Source: Blasia pusilla (taxonomy: Eukaryota). From it: a DNA stretch of 64,000 bases. Below the pieces are notes generated by a model, which had not been told where the DNA came from, ran no database searches, and worked only from the letters and a program-made list of their open reading frames with translations. The stretch is from contig CM114271.1 in the NCBI GenBank assembly GCA_050084515.1, forward strand, positions 3,658,001 through 3,722,000, given 5' to 3'. Shown here piece after piece: positions 24,801-38,227 of this stretch. A program made the position numbers and the translations under genes. Positions within the stretch are counted from its first letter, which is position 1; each line of letters begins with the position of its first letter.

Positions 24801-27800
24801 ACCTCTGCATTCAAGAGCTTCAAATCCAGTTGAAGCATTTCCTTCTTGACTCGCATGTCCTGTACCTCTTGCTCTGCAGTTGCCTGTTCACACTCCCATA
24901 CCCTCTTAGCCTCCATCAACTCTTCCATTCGTAGTGATATCGAGCGCTCCCGCATTTCTGCTTCACTAACCCTGGCTTGTACTCTGGCCAGATCTCCCTG
25001 AATTTGAATCAGAGCCTGCTCTTTATCATTGCAAGCCTTTTCGGCTTCCACAGAAGCACATACCAACTTAATCCTCTCAGCTTCCAGTTCCTCTTTGGCA
25101 ACAGTAAGCGCCTCGATACCTTTCGCCATTTCTGAAACTCTGAATTCCGCTTGCTTCAAGTTGGACTCGAGACTTAGAACTTCTAGACGCAGAGATTCTA
25201 CCAACTTCTCATGCTCCAAACATTCATGCTCGGTCTGCTCTTGCTCTAGGATCAGGGTAGCCTTCTCGTCTGCCCACTTTTGAGACTTGGCGATCTCTTT
25301 ATCTAGAGCCTGCTGGCATGCTTCATGATCTAAGTGTGCGCATTCAAGCTCTCTGTCTCTGAGCTTCAACGCCGTGGTTACTGAAGAAAGTTTAGACTCT
25401 AAACTCTCCAACACTGATGTCTGCGATGCGAAATCTTCCTCCAGAGCTCTCACTTTGGAGAGGCTAACATGCAAGCTTTCCTCAGCCGATTCAAGACTCT
25501 CTGCACTCGCTTCGAAATGTGATACTGCATCCAATGCATTCTCCAGTCCCTCTTTGACGGAATTCATGAAATAATCACTCTCTACCATCCAAGTCTCACG
25601 GGAGGAGACTGCATGGGACACTACTTTCAAAGCCTTACTCTCTACTTCAGAAACTTGCAATTCAGCCTTCAATAACAACTCTTCCACCTGGCCGATGAGC
25701 ACCTGGCTTCTGGCGTATTTCACTTCCAGAACTTGGAATTGCGACTTCAAGGAGTCATTATCACGAACAGCAAGCTCATGCTCCTGGGCTAGCTTCTCAT
25801 GTCCCTCAACTAGAGACCGATATTGATCCGCCAGCATTTCCTTGTGGGAACGATACTCTTCCAGTTTCTCCTGCAAGGACGCGATTTCGATCTCCTTTTC
25901 CGCCACTGCAATTTGAGCCTCTTGATTCTGTGTTCCCAGCGTGATCTTAGCCACTTTGAGCTCCTTGATCCTGTCAAGAAGCTGTTCCACCAGCACAAAA
26001 GCAGCCATCGATTTCTTTTCCGACTCTCGGATCATGGATTTCCCATCTTTTGAATCCAAGATTGGTTCCTTCTCGGGTGAGCAAGAACCAGCCAACACCG
26101 CTTCACTAAGGGCTCTAACCTTCTCTTCTGTTTCCCTGACCAGCGATTGGGCATCCTGCAATCGGTTCTGCAGGAGCACACCTTTCAGCATCTCAACCTT
26201 CGACTTATCTACCCTTTGAAGGTTCTCCAACTCGATTGCTGAACTTGACTTTTGAGCGATGGATTCCTGGATGATCTCATCCATTTCTTTAGAAGCTTCT
26301 ATGAGCGCCTGATCTCCTTCGGAAAGGTAGTCGATAAGTTTGGCCGTAGCACTTTCCCAATCTTTGTGAAGGCCCCGAATTTCAGCATCCTTTCCACTCA
26401 ATATAGCTTCGTATTTACTAGCTAAATGTCCCTTTTCTCCAGCCAATTTCTCAACATTCAGTTGCTGCTCTTCCAACTCTTTCTCCAATTGAAGGATTTG
26501 CAGCTTCGCCATGGCTTCCAATTCCGCCCCGGCAGCCACATCCTCTCTCAATTCCAGGATCTCGGACTGCATTGAAGTGATGGCAAGAGCTGTCTCTGTC
26601 TCCACTTCTGATCTCGTCACTTCCATTTCATTCTCGCGAGCGATCCGAAGAGCCCTCTCCTCCTGAAACTGCTTGTTGGCTCTTCTGACCTCCTCTCTCT
26701 CCCGTCTAGCTTTCTCCAACTTCTTTTGCAAACCGTAAAGAGCAGGCTCATAGGCGCTTTTCCCTCGCCTTTGAAAGCTGGTGTTCTCCGTTTGCTCAAG
26801 AACTTCTGATCTCTCTTCGTTTACGTTGGGCTGCTTCAACGAATCCAGCAGCATGGAGTGCTCGGTTTGCAGATTCTCAAGCTCATTGATGGAGAACAAT
26901 TGTTGTCCTTCAAGAGCCTGCACAATATTTTGCTCGTGCTGAACTCTAGCTAAAGCTTCTTCGAGCTGCTTTGACAAGACTTCGATCCTCTCTTCGGCTA
27001 CCGAGCGCTGTTCTTGCTCCTCCTTCAAAACAGCCTCAAGAGACTCGAGCTCCAGCTGCAGCTGCATAATTTCTTCAGAGTGCCTCATTTCAAGCTCTTG
27101 CACCTTCGACCATCTTTCTTGTGCGGACACTTTCCCCACCCCATGCTTCTCCAGCGTGCTTGGCCCTTGGGCAACTTCTTCCGAGACCACGACGCCCCTT
27201 ACTTCCACTGCTTCAGTCGTCTGATCCGCTCCGACTCTTCCAGAAAGTTCGGCTATAAGATCTTGAGCTTCCCTGAGCTGTGTCCTCAATTCGGATTCCT
27301 GAAATAACAATACGAAGGTGGGTATCAGTAACCTTCGAACCACCTGAAGACGCACATCTGTCCACAACTAACATCTATGCTCAGAATTCTTTCAACGACG
27401 TCAGCATACCTGGATGCGCCAAAGCATGGCCGATTCTTGAATGTGGGTCAACGACTCGCGCTGCTGTAGAGCAATCTCCTCGGTTTCCAGTCGTATACGC
27501 TTCACCGTAGCTTGGGCAGTGGACGCAGTCTCCTGTAGGCATCACCGATCAATGGTGAGTGGCTGCTTCTTTTCACCTGCAATCTCACGTATCGGGATAG
27601 AGAGAAAACATGGTAGAAGATGTACCTGGGCTGCAGCAAGACTGGCCTCGGTGCTGTGAAGCCGCTCGGTAACTTCCTCAGCGGACACGAGCTCATTCTT
27701 CCATGTCTCCAAAGACTGATTACAGTGTCGAGGAGCAAGTTAGCAAACATCGACCATGATAAAACGCGCTTGCGAGAACTGACTCAATGATACTACATGT

Positions 27801-30800
27801 GATTCATACAAACGTTAAATACCTGAAGATCAGCTCGTAGATTCTCAGCGTTTTGAAGTGCATTTTGAAGCTGTTCCTGCATTTGCTCACGAAGCCTAGC
27901 TTCTTGCGACCACCGCTCTTCCCCCTGCCAACCAATCATAAACGTCTTAGGCACCACTTTCCTATTTTACTTCCATTACGCTCGATGTGTACCCTCTCGA
28001 TCCAACCACTGCCAGAACCCAAAAGACACCCGACCGGAAACTCGTTCATTCGGCAGGCGAACTCACCTTCTGCAGCTCCAACCTCAACTCCTCGATTGTG
28101 ATCTGACTCTCAGATTGCTCCTGATGAGCAGCACTCGACAACGTCTCCTGCGTAGGACCAAAACTTCGATCTAATCAAAACCGGGCCTACGTTATGAACT
28201 CAATTCAATTATCTGCTCCAGACGACCTGGAAATTTTGCAAAGAACCTTAATTAATGAAGGGAAGATACGTACTTTAAGAGCCTCGACTTCGATTTGCTT
28301 TCCTGCACAGTTAACCTTGAGCTCCGCCACCATTGCCTGCAGTTGATCGACTTGTCTGTGACAGCAACAACGCGAACTCGATAATTAGCGTTAAGCTTCA
28401 TTGATCATGCACCGCTCGTGGAAACACGAGACTTGATGGAAGGAGTAGTATTTATAACACTGTTTATGACAGGGCAGTTGCATGCAGACCTACGTCGCCT
28501 CTTAATGTAAATCATTCACGGGTGGTACCTCGCCAGCTCGGCGTTTGCGATAAGGCAGTTGTTTAGGTTGTCACGACACTCCTTCACTTCCTTCTCATAG
28601 CTATCGACCTGCACGATTCCAGACGAGGTAGCATATTCAGGAATGAGCCCATGTCGAATCCATGCAAAGCGGCGTAGAAGATGTCAACTGCTCGCGCAAA
28701 ATGGAGTACGGGCGAGCCCAATTACCTCTATGAGTAGTAGCTCATTTTCCCGAGCACGTGCATCGATCTCGGGAATGAGGGCTCGCTTCTGTGAGGTCCA
28801 CAAAGAAAATGAGTTCACTCTCGGAAAATGAAACACAGTGGACCGTCAAGCGCAATGAATTACTTAATAAAATCAACCCCAATTGTGTTTCTTAATGAAA
28901 TCAACCCGAATGCGCAGTTACTGCGTAAACCTATGGGAATGTTACCTGAGGTGTGGTGAGCCTCTCAAGAGCTTGCTCCTCCCCTAATTTCTCATCCAGA
29001 ATCTCTAGAAGCTGTGTGCAACACCAATGTGCAGACAGACAGATTTAATATCAGTTACGCGATTCGCAAATGACTGTCACGTACAGGAAACTGCCCATCT
29101 GACGCAGATGTGTTTCTCATGTTTACGCTCCGGAAACACTAAATCAGCAGTAACAAATTCTCACCATGAACGAAAGCTTAACTCATTGCAACCTGTCACT
29201 CCTCTAGTCCTCTGCATGGTTTTGCATAAACGATGACGATTTAGGCTCCAGATCTCGGTGAGAGACTCTACCTGATTTCTAAGCCCCGTAACCTCTTCGA
29301 GTAGAATATCCTTCTCACCACAGTCGTGAAATTCTTGATACCTGTATTACAGGCCCATTAGTTAAACAATCTTCGAATTGCATGAAAATTTGAAACAAAA
29401 ACGTTGCGTCGAATCTTAATGGACAGTACCTCCGTAGCTGCTCCATTAAGCGTATATTTTCCATCGCAAAGCGAGTCAGCTCGGGATTTCGGTCCACGCG
29501 GGCTCGAATCAACTGAAGCTCCTCCATCAAAGCCTTTTTCTCTTCCTTATAAAATGATTCCACAGATAATACGTTGTCGGCAACACCCTCCAATCTGCGA
29601 ATTTTATCCTCCCGGAACCGTAACATCATTTTGGAACATTGTGAATCCTCTTCACGTTGCCGGACCTGCAAAGACCAGAACATAAGAGCATCACCGTGCC
29701 GTTGGACACATACGCATCTCGGATACACACGCCAAAGCTCGCTTGGCGGTCAAATATAATGCGGCCGGCGCTCCAAGGTCGAATGTAAGATAAACACAGC
29801 CTTTTTGTTCGAATGTATTGCATGAAATCACTGTCGACTCATGACTCCGAAGTCAAGAAAGACTTTCAAGCGAAAGAGAACCCTACAGAAGGGATGAAGA
29901 CGGTGGGTATTGTGCAAAATTCGGGGATAGAAACGAGAGAACGCGAGTGTACAACATTTCTGACCAAACTCATAAGCACATATCGGGACGAAATCGCTTA
30001 ATTTCAAAACATCCACCTTCCCGATGCATTAAGTCCATGGCAACATTGACGAACTTGGAGCAGATGCAGGAGCCGTTGGTTTCAAACCAAACGTGTCAAC
30101 ATTGGAATTTCTGTGTATTGGTAGAGAGCCATACCAGACGATTTAGCTGTTCAATCTCAGAAGCCAGCTTCTTCGTCATGTCCTCAGCAACCTGTTCTCT
30201 TCGTAGGGACCCTGCTAGGACAGCTTCGATGGCCCTCAGTTTCTGATGAGGAAAGTAAACGACGAGAGATTAGTTTTGATGAAATCGCGAATAAGATAAG
30301 ACGTATAATTGAATTATGTCCGTGAATGTGAATGTTGAGCATAGTACCTTGTCAACGGTGACAATGGCCTTCGACTTGCTCGCATCCAATGAATCACGAT
30401 GGGAGTCTACATCCATGTTGTCTCCACTATTTTCTGCCTCTACCGAACCATTCTGGAGTGACGAAAATCGCATTGATGGAGTCCTTGAGATGCTTTCTCG
30501 ACGGAGACGATCCACTTCGACCTTTTCATTCAGAAACGAAGAATCAGATGCAGCGGTGGCTAGCATTGCACCAGGCGTTCCAAGATTCCTAACAATACAG
30601 CTTCAACCGTGACTGAAAAATGGGTTTGTATCGTGCTGCTTACTTTAAGATCCTGAATTTGCTGGCGCAGAGCGATGACATCCCCAGAAGCATCTTGGTT
30701 GATTACAGCCTGTTCCAAACAAGAGCCCGGATTGATTAGAACGTCCGTGAGTAGTATGATCGCACGTTTGAACACGCACCGAGCGATGGGAAATCAGACC

Positions 30801-33800
30801 AGAGCAGCCTAGAGGATGCAGACGCGCTAAGGAACTTGAGTCATCATGAGGCTCTCTCATCTGGAGGAATGGAGGTGGCAAGGAAGTTTAGAAGCGTACA
30901 TTATTACGAATGAACTTCGCACGCTGCGCAAATTTTAATGTACTCAATGTCTCCATGGCATTGCTGCACAATTAAGCACACACAAGAGGACCAGACAGCT
31001 CAAAAGTCAGATGTGCAGACAGATCATGCGTGGACAGATTGCTACGTGGCATCTCATACAAAACTCAAGGAACACTGGAAACTTCTTTCAGGAGAAAATC
31101 ATTTTCTTCTGTAAGTACCAATGAATGAACAGCCAGTATACCTTTGCAGTACCAATGAGATCATTATTACAGAAACTCTAGGACGAACTTACCAGCTAGA
31201 AGGGCTGACGTTGGCTATCATGATCGTTTTCGAGTTTCCACCCAGAGAATCCTAACAATACAGTAGAAATGTAAGGGCCAAGGAGAAGCTCCTACACAGG
31301 AATGCAACGCGATGGACTTGACGACATAATCCCACAGAGTTCCATTCCGAACTTTCAAATGTCCATTTGACTTCGGGTAATTCAGCCTTAATATCAAGAA
31401 AGCTCCAAAATCTAAATTTAAAATCAAGTTTGTAGAAACCTGGAGGAGGAATGTCAGCTTGGAATCTCGGTACGGAACATGGCGTTGTTTGCCGTTCGCA
31501 ACATCAACAAGAATCATTATGACCAATCTGTAATGAACCATGCAACCAACCCAAAGCCTCATTATGATACTATAAATGTGATGCACTCAAAATTATGCCA
31601 AAATGAATTTGATTGGAACGGAGACCCACGTGGAACTAGCTGGTATCTCAGCAAATCCATCAACTGAATCCCGGAACCCAAGAGGTTTCTATACTATGGC
31701 GAATAATGTACTTACCCAAGGGTGGACAACGATTTGTTGATGTTCGCGGCTTCTTTTAACCGGCCTCCCTCAGCACCTGAACTTTTCTGCCTGTAGCCAT
31801 GTCATGCGCAAATTCGAGTCAAATTAAACTGTTATGTGAGAACTTTACGTCAGTCAGTGATGTCCTCTAACTGTAACCTGGAGGTAATTGATGATGCACC
31901 TAAATCTGACGAAACGCTAACACGACGAAACCGAACGGATTTGATTCGTCAGTGGTTACCGCTCTGAGCCTGCGAGGTCGACCAGGTGCAGCCGCCCATA
32001 GCGAGAGCTGGTCATGGTGTTAATCTCCCACTGTGTAGAACGACAAGAACGAGTGAAAAGGGGCAAACAACTTATCAAGCTTGAATCTTTGGTGGAGCTA
32101 CAAAACGTCTGAAAGATTACAAACATTTCTAACGAACAACAATTGGGACCAGCTTGTTAGCTTTTTCATGGCCGCGAATAGTCACCTTGCTTTCCACGAC
32201 ACAAGTGAAGACACTGTGAGAACGACTGCTCTCTCTGTTCATGTTCGTCGACGCAACTTTACGGCTGGCAGCTCCCTGTAGCTCAAGGACAACACTATGG
32301 AGTCAGAGAACAATTAGACTGGTTTTTTTCCCCTAAATCACTGATCTGGATCAAGCGCACTCGAAAGTGTGAAAGCTCCTGAGACTACAAGTGTGAAATT
32401 TGACTAAACTTCGGAAGAGGTTCGAGAATCCATAAGCTTTTTCTGAGGTAACCACCAGTCCATACGTGTATCCTGAGACATCACACGATATCGCCGTTGA
32501 GTCTTTGTAGTTACTTCATCACCTCAAAAAATTTCTAAGCAGGTTTCCACGAATGACGAGAAACCCACGATCTAACACTTCCCAGGGCATCTATCAAACA
32601 CGTCTACAGCCCACAAGAGTAAGAGGAGATGCCTTTACATTGCTCTCAAAACTGCTCATAAAATCAAACCTGGTAGTTGGAAGTGCCTAGGTATGTCCCC
32701 AAGTCAGAGGAAGGGAAGGGTGCAAACATGAACCTGGAGAAGCAGCTGAATAACATCTTGTACACTTCGCACCTCGACCTCAGATAGATTCTCAACATAG
32801 ACCCCTTTCTTCGCATCTTCTCGCAGCTGTAACATAGCCACTAGAGTGAGACGGGCCATATTCCTTGGACCATTTAGAATCATTCTATACAGAGGACTAG
32901 TCCAAACGACGAGTTCCAGAAACCTCTGCGTAATACTCAAGTTGCAAATGGCAGAAAGTGGCATGCAGATCGAGGCACTCACTTGCAAGTTCGTTGACGA
33001 AGGTTCTAGCAGATCAGTGATCTGCTCATTGTAAATTTCCAAGAATGAAACTTTACAGGAATACTTCAGTTGTTCGTGCCTTCGGCTCTCTTGTTCCTGC
33101 TTGTAAGAAATGGAAATAGCTTAGGGTAATGGCTTCGGTCTGGAAGAAACCTTCAATTTGAAATCACCTATCAGCATTCAGAGCAGGAGTGGCGCAAATA
33201 TTTACCCTTCTAATCCTCGCAAATAAGTATTCGAAAACACGAGGCGTCATTCCCCTCTGCTCGCTCGGCCTAAAATCAAGATCTTCAATATCTCCGAGCA
33301 TCGTATGTGTCTTTCCACTTCCTGTCTGCAATAATTCGGCAACAGTCCAGGCATCAGAGGCACCCCTGTCGAACCAGACCTGTCAACTATATTTCCTCTG
33401 GCAGGAAAGGAATTTGGTAACATTAATTTACCTGCGGGTAAGACCTCTATGCGACGAGTTACAACTTGATTCATGCTTACTCACCTCCGAAAGATGGAAC
33501 CAACAAAACTACCAGAAATATTTTATTTGTGATCGCAACTCTTGGACCCGAACAACGCCAAAAGCGAATCATGACAGCTACTGGCAATTTTTTTATTCAG
33601 GACATGTTCGACAACTTGAACCAGGTTATAGGTTGCTTACTTGTCCATAAGCAAACATACAGCTGTTGTAGCCTGACATGCAATTTTCCACCATCGGTAG
33701 ACCAGCGACTTTGAAAAGCTTTTCCTGCACGTTCGTTGGATAAACGAAGATTTTCAGAAGGCTTTCCAAGGGTTTACCACCACAGAAGAATCGACAGTCA

Positions 33801-35331
33801 ATTTGGGACGACATTCCTATGAGGATCCGTGTGTACCTGCGTAATTGCTTCCCCGGCAACATGATCAAATGTGTATCGAGACTCTGGCTGTCCGAGCCAA
33901 GTAAGAGTGTGAGAACTTTCTTGTCTTAAGCACCTACTAGATCCTTGCGCAGCCAGTTCACTGTTGTTGATGGGTCGAGTCCGAATCAAAACCTGGCAGA
34001 GACGGTGAAACGATCACATCAACTAAATGGAAGGAAGTAATTGCCTACAGATCTGACAAAAGAGAACCACGGAGTCGGAAGCCGGATTTTTCGGGTCCTC
34101 CCTTCCCCTATTGATCGTTTACCAAAGGGAGAAATTGCAATCTCGCAATATCACTTGCGCAGCGTATTACGGCTTTCTACTCTTCTCATTGGCTGGACTT
34201 ACTCTCTCCCTCATAGGAAGACTACGCCTCATAATCGTTCATCTTCACACAGGTCCTAGTTCGTTAAAGACGAGCTGATTAACGGACCTCAGCACTTGTG
34301 AAACATCGATCTTGCCTTGCCAGGTCGACTAGTGGAGTGGAGTACATTCTGCACTAGGGACAGCGCTACAACCTCGTGAACAGCCAAGCCCTGAGACTCT
34401 TGTAGCTTCATACCTGAACGTTGTGGTCGTTCCAGAAACTAGGATCTTCTTCCAGATCGAAATGCTGTGGTAGAAATACATTATCCGCAGCCTGCGCAAC
34501 AACGGCTTTAGGTGGTTGTAGGCCCATGGTTCGGGTGAGTACGTGCTGTGAGCCTGCAGAACGGACATTTGCGAGTCCCGCAGTACCCCCATTGCTTGTG
34601 CTCGATTGTTGACCATACTTCAGGGACCTGGAAGCGCTCTTGCTAGGTGTGCCATGTTGGGACTGATTGTTCACCCCAGACTCCGAATCGTAGCCTGACC
34701 TTCCTGCAGCTGTTGCGCTCGTTTTTGGCGTTGTCTGCGCACTCCCTCCACTCACTCTCCTTGCAGAGTTGGGGAGGACCTGTGGAATCGCATTACAATT
34801 TCCATTCAATCCTGAACTAGTCGCAGTAACTTCGGACGAAGCTGATTGCTTCAAAGGTCGTGGAGTAGCAACCTCCGACCCACCGTCAGCTGGAATATGT
34901 TCATGCTGAATCCGTGAGCGCGCTTGAGAAGGAGAGCTTTTGGAACCGGAAGCAACTGTATTTGATGAATGGTTTTGCCAAGTGTACTTGCTCTTTGGAC
35001 CTAAGGGAACAACAGATGACGCGTTCTTCTCCGGAGTCCCATTGACACTCCCTTCCGAGTTCTCGAGATGAGGATATTTTTCGGCACCGTGGAATGAGAG
35101 TTTCCCTTTCGCCCGCGGAGTTTGCTGCTCTCCCTTAGAGTTATCCGGTTGCGACCGCTCAGTAGGAGGGGTGAGCGGATTCCGCAAAGTCTCCGAAATG
35201 GGGCACAGAGGCTGTCGACCAGGAGTGGTTGCTGTAGAAGAGTCAGTTCCTGAGACACTTGCATCGGTTAGATCGTTCTTTCTTGATGTACTGCGCATGA
35301 AGAGCCGGAGGGGAGAAATTCCCTTCGCCAT
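15892..35331 (-). CDS. KIN12: Kinesin-12, POK-like (multi-exon, roughly 4,300 aa by rough exon sum)
   Basis: ATG 35331; N-terminal extension ending EEDPSFWNDHNVQV; motor motifs across GT-AG introns (FAYGQ/TGSGKT, EIYNEQITDLL, NRESSRSH, LVDLAGSE, HVPYRDSKLTFLLQ); long coiled coil; C-terminal GQQNLQQRIHHHAKIK; stop 15892-15894. Some small exon borders not checked. Confidence 0.92.
19448..27298 (-). other. Single 7,851-bp coiled-coil exon of the kinesin
   Basis: Uninterrupted ORF 19379-27367; AG acceptor at 27300-27299, GT donor at 19447-19446. Confidence 0.85.
20990..22930 (-). repeat. About ten 63-aa (189-bp) coding tandem repeats in the kinesin stalk
   Basis: Recurring ELKxExQxLDSK...ENxELKSVVAxLEERV unit with 189-bp spacing (e.g. 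~21892 vs ~22081). Confidence 0.85.
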
Positions 35332-36057
35332 TCTGCTCGTACTTCTCCGGAGACCCCTGATGATGCGTCCCTTGACCGCAATCCAACCCCTTCTCGACGC
35401 AATTCGAATGGCTTTCAAAAGATCAAGACAGTGCCAAGAGAACGTATTGCCAAGTGCAATGAGGGAAACATAATCAGAGCTACGGAAATCCGTGATTGGA
35501 AACTTCTCTCGCTTTTCAGATTATCCAAAACGCAGTCCTGGCGGCGGAGACTTCCAAATTTATCTTACAATCCTTGCCACTAGAAAAGCTGCTCTCCTTT
35601 CTCGCAATCAAGAATCACGACCATTAGCTCATGCGGAATGAGCGTCCACTTCTTGAGCCCGAGTGAGGCTTCTTGAAGTCGACTGTTCGTCTTCCTATTC
35701 CCCAAATGTGACAACGTCAGTTGTCACAGCCGAGAATGGAGGACTTTCTCAATTGCAGGGTTTCACCCACCGTCTGGCTTTTCTTCAATCCTTCTCTCGT
35801 TAGAGAAACTAGACACCAACTCGCCACCCTCTCTATCTCTCTCGTCTGAATAGTTTACACTACTACTGATTGCAAACATACGTTGCCTACAGAGCGATTT
35901 CCCGTTGCTTCTCTGGAAACATGACAAGACACTATACAGTCCTGGCTCCTTGTCAGAATGCTAAGGTTAAAGTATCTCCAGCAGATTATCTCCTGCGAGC
36001 CTCTCGCTCGCTCATATAAACCTTGCACAGTCCAGACTGTCCAATACGTCCTAGGAC

Positions 36058-36942
36058 TCCAACGGTACACTACCACAACACTATAAGCAGACAGAGACGG
36101 CAGTACGATGGAAGAGAAAGTCGTCGCGCTCCATTCTATTTCTGCCTACCACCTATCTATCAAATCAAACCGCAGCTGCTTATCTCATCAAGCTTAAGAC
36201 CAAAAGCCTCCACATCAATAATTCTTTCTTTCTCCCCTCTGTCAAGATCGCAAAACAAAACCACCGCTGCCTGACACTCAGTACTCTCAGTACACAGCGA
36301 GCAAGGCACCACCACAGCACCTGATAGGCGACCGAGCTACAAATCAAAGCTCCAGTCATCTCCGCTTCTCTCGGTCGTAAATGCGGAGTTCCAACGGTAC
36401 GCGTTCCATGGATCGAACGGATGACGGAGTGCGCGAAAGTGCAGATCGCGCTCCTCACAGGAGCAAAGCGCGAGAGAGAGAGAGCACACAAAGAACAAGA
36501 GAGCTCTACAGGAAGCAGCGCCAGAGGACAGTTCCACGTGGACTGAACGAGTTCAAATTCTTCGTCTACGGAAACTCTCCCCACCAACGGACAGGTCGAC
36601 GGAGGACAACCGCGGCTAAACGGACGGAGCGCTTCCCCGGCGGAGTGCTCTCCCCGCACCACGACCACGAGCTCCACTGACTAACTACATGGACCGTAAG
36701 ATTTGAACTCCCGCCGTAGATCTCCAATCGACGGTCATAATCTCAGACCACGCAGCAGTTTTCTCGCGAACTGCGTAGAGGTAGCACGAATTGCATGCAT
36801 AGATGGATGATGGATATCATGCTTCCATGCATGCATGCATGCATGCCTTCAATTCGCGCCTGTCGTCTTGCAGCTCTGCTGCACTCTCTATTACGTTTCT
36901 GTGCAGAGTTTGAATTTTCCCAACGGTCGTCCTCACCAACGG
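36058..36942. promoter_or_regulatory. Cluster of MSA cores (AACGG) and CHR-like TTTGAA upstream of the kinesin
   Basis: AACGG at 36061, 36393, 36416, 36586, 36619, 36922, 36938; TTTGAA at ~36702 and ~36909, TTCAAA at ~36552. Confidence 0.65.
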
Positions 36943-37642
36943 CTAGTCCATCCGCACGGGAGACGGAAGTCCCACTGTCGTATGTTCATAAACCCTCCGT
37001 CCTCTAGGCCCAGGGTTCCGTCGTCTCGTAGGATCCGTACAACGCTCTTAAAAACCGAATTCTTTTGCTGGAGCTGATTCCCTTTTTTTTCTTTCTTATA
37101 ATTTTTTATTTTTAATGGTAAGTGGTGAATTAAGATGTGCAAGGACTCAAATGAATTTCCCTTTGTTGTAAGAGGTAAGGCCTGTTATTTTTATGAAAAT
37201 GTTACTTAAGTCTTGCTTTGAAAGGATTCATGCAAAAGATTTCATGTCTATCTTGTGTATGTGTGTGTTCTCTCTACTTTTATTGCGCCCATCATCTCCA
37301 CTCGAGAAATGGGTTGTCCTTAGCCACTGCGATATTTTATCGTAGGCAACGGGTCTCCATAGCTTTGCAGCGTGTCTAGGAAAGTGGGCTTTTGCGGCGG
37401 GCTTGGGCGGTTGGAGACGCCAATGCCAGAGGCCCACTTAGGAGTAGTCATAGTTCTCTAGATGTTGCTGATATTCTCTCTACTGTTGGTTATTTTGGTC
37501 GTTAGGGGGGGAGGCCCCCTTCTTTCTCCTCGAGGCCAGTTTTGGCTATTGGGGTTTTTTGGCTCTCTATGCCCCCTCGTTTGTATCGTGATGGGTTTCC
37601 CATCCTATTTTCTATTTATATGTTTATTTTTCCTTTATAATA

Positions 37643-37818
37643 CTAGTGGGCAGCCCGTGCCATGCATCTTGTTAGAAAAAAATAAATTCTTGTCCAGAGA
37701 ATGAAAAGCATTTTCTTGTTGTCTATTTAAGGAGAAACTTTTCTTGTTGCCCACTTGCCACATGTAAAGCAGAGAGGTATTTGCAAATAAAGAAGGCACT
37801 CTCCCATAATAATATAGA
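37643..37818 (-). mobile_element. Small non-autonomous Helitron-like element (family 1)
   Basis: On minus strand: A|TCTATATTATTATGGGAGAGTGCCTT ... GCACGGGCTGCCCA CTAG|T. Confidence 0.65.
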
Positions 37819-37844
37819 TGGTTACCTTTAGCTACTATACTCTC

Positions 37845-38227
37845 GGGCAAGTCCTCATCAACAATTTTTTAGTGTTGGAGGATCCCCATTGTTGTCCCGA
37901 ATGCATCTTGGGGCTAAAAGTTATGGTCCGAAATGTAGTCATCTTCCCCAAACGCGCATTCCAAAACTGGTTCTCACCTCTTTGGCAACCAACCTTCCAA
38001 GACTCAACTCATCTCAAGTCTTGGTTCACGTTTGGTCTAGATTTCCCGATCGCGACTACTAACGCATGAAACGCACAACTTTGTTTCGCGTTTCGTCTCT
38101 TGGATTTTTCCAAGAGACTTTTCCAAAAGCCTCTCCAAAGCGCGATCATCGCAACGTGAGTCCACTTGAGTTATGATGCTCCGCTTGGTGCCTACTTGGT
38201 GTTCATTTGGTTACGAGGGTAGCAACA
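37845..38227 (-). repeat. 5' part of an LTR homologous to solo LTR 62551-63564
   Basis: Minus strand begins TGTTGCTACCCTCGTAACCAAA, matching the 62551 start; internal blocks colinear. Confidence 0.7.

Noticed and set aside
19535-27307. Many plus-strand ORFs opposite the giant exon
   Set aside because: Antisense shadows of a Glu/Leu-rich coding strand; no recognisable domains
35332-35418. N-terminal extension of the kinesin from the ORF track
   Set aside because: Track start is TTG; first in-frame ATG is at 35331
36470-36560. Partial resemblance to miR529/miR319 mature sequences
   Set aside because: Only short partial matches in GA-rich sequence; no precursor hairpin
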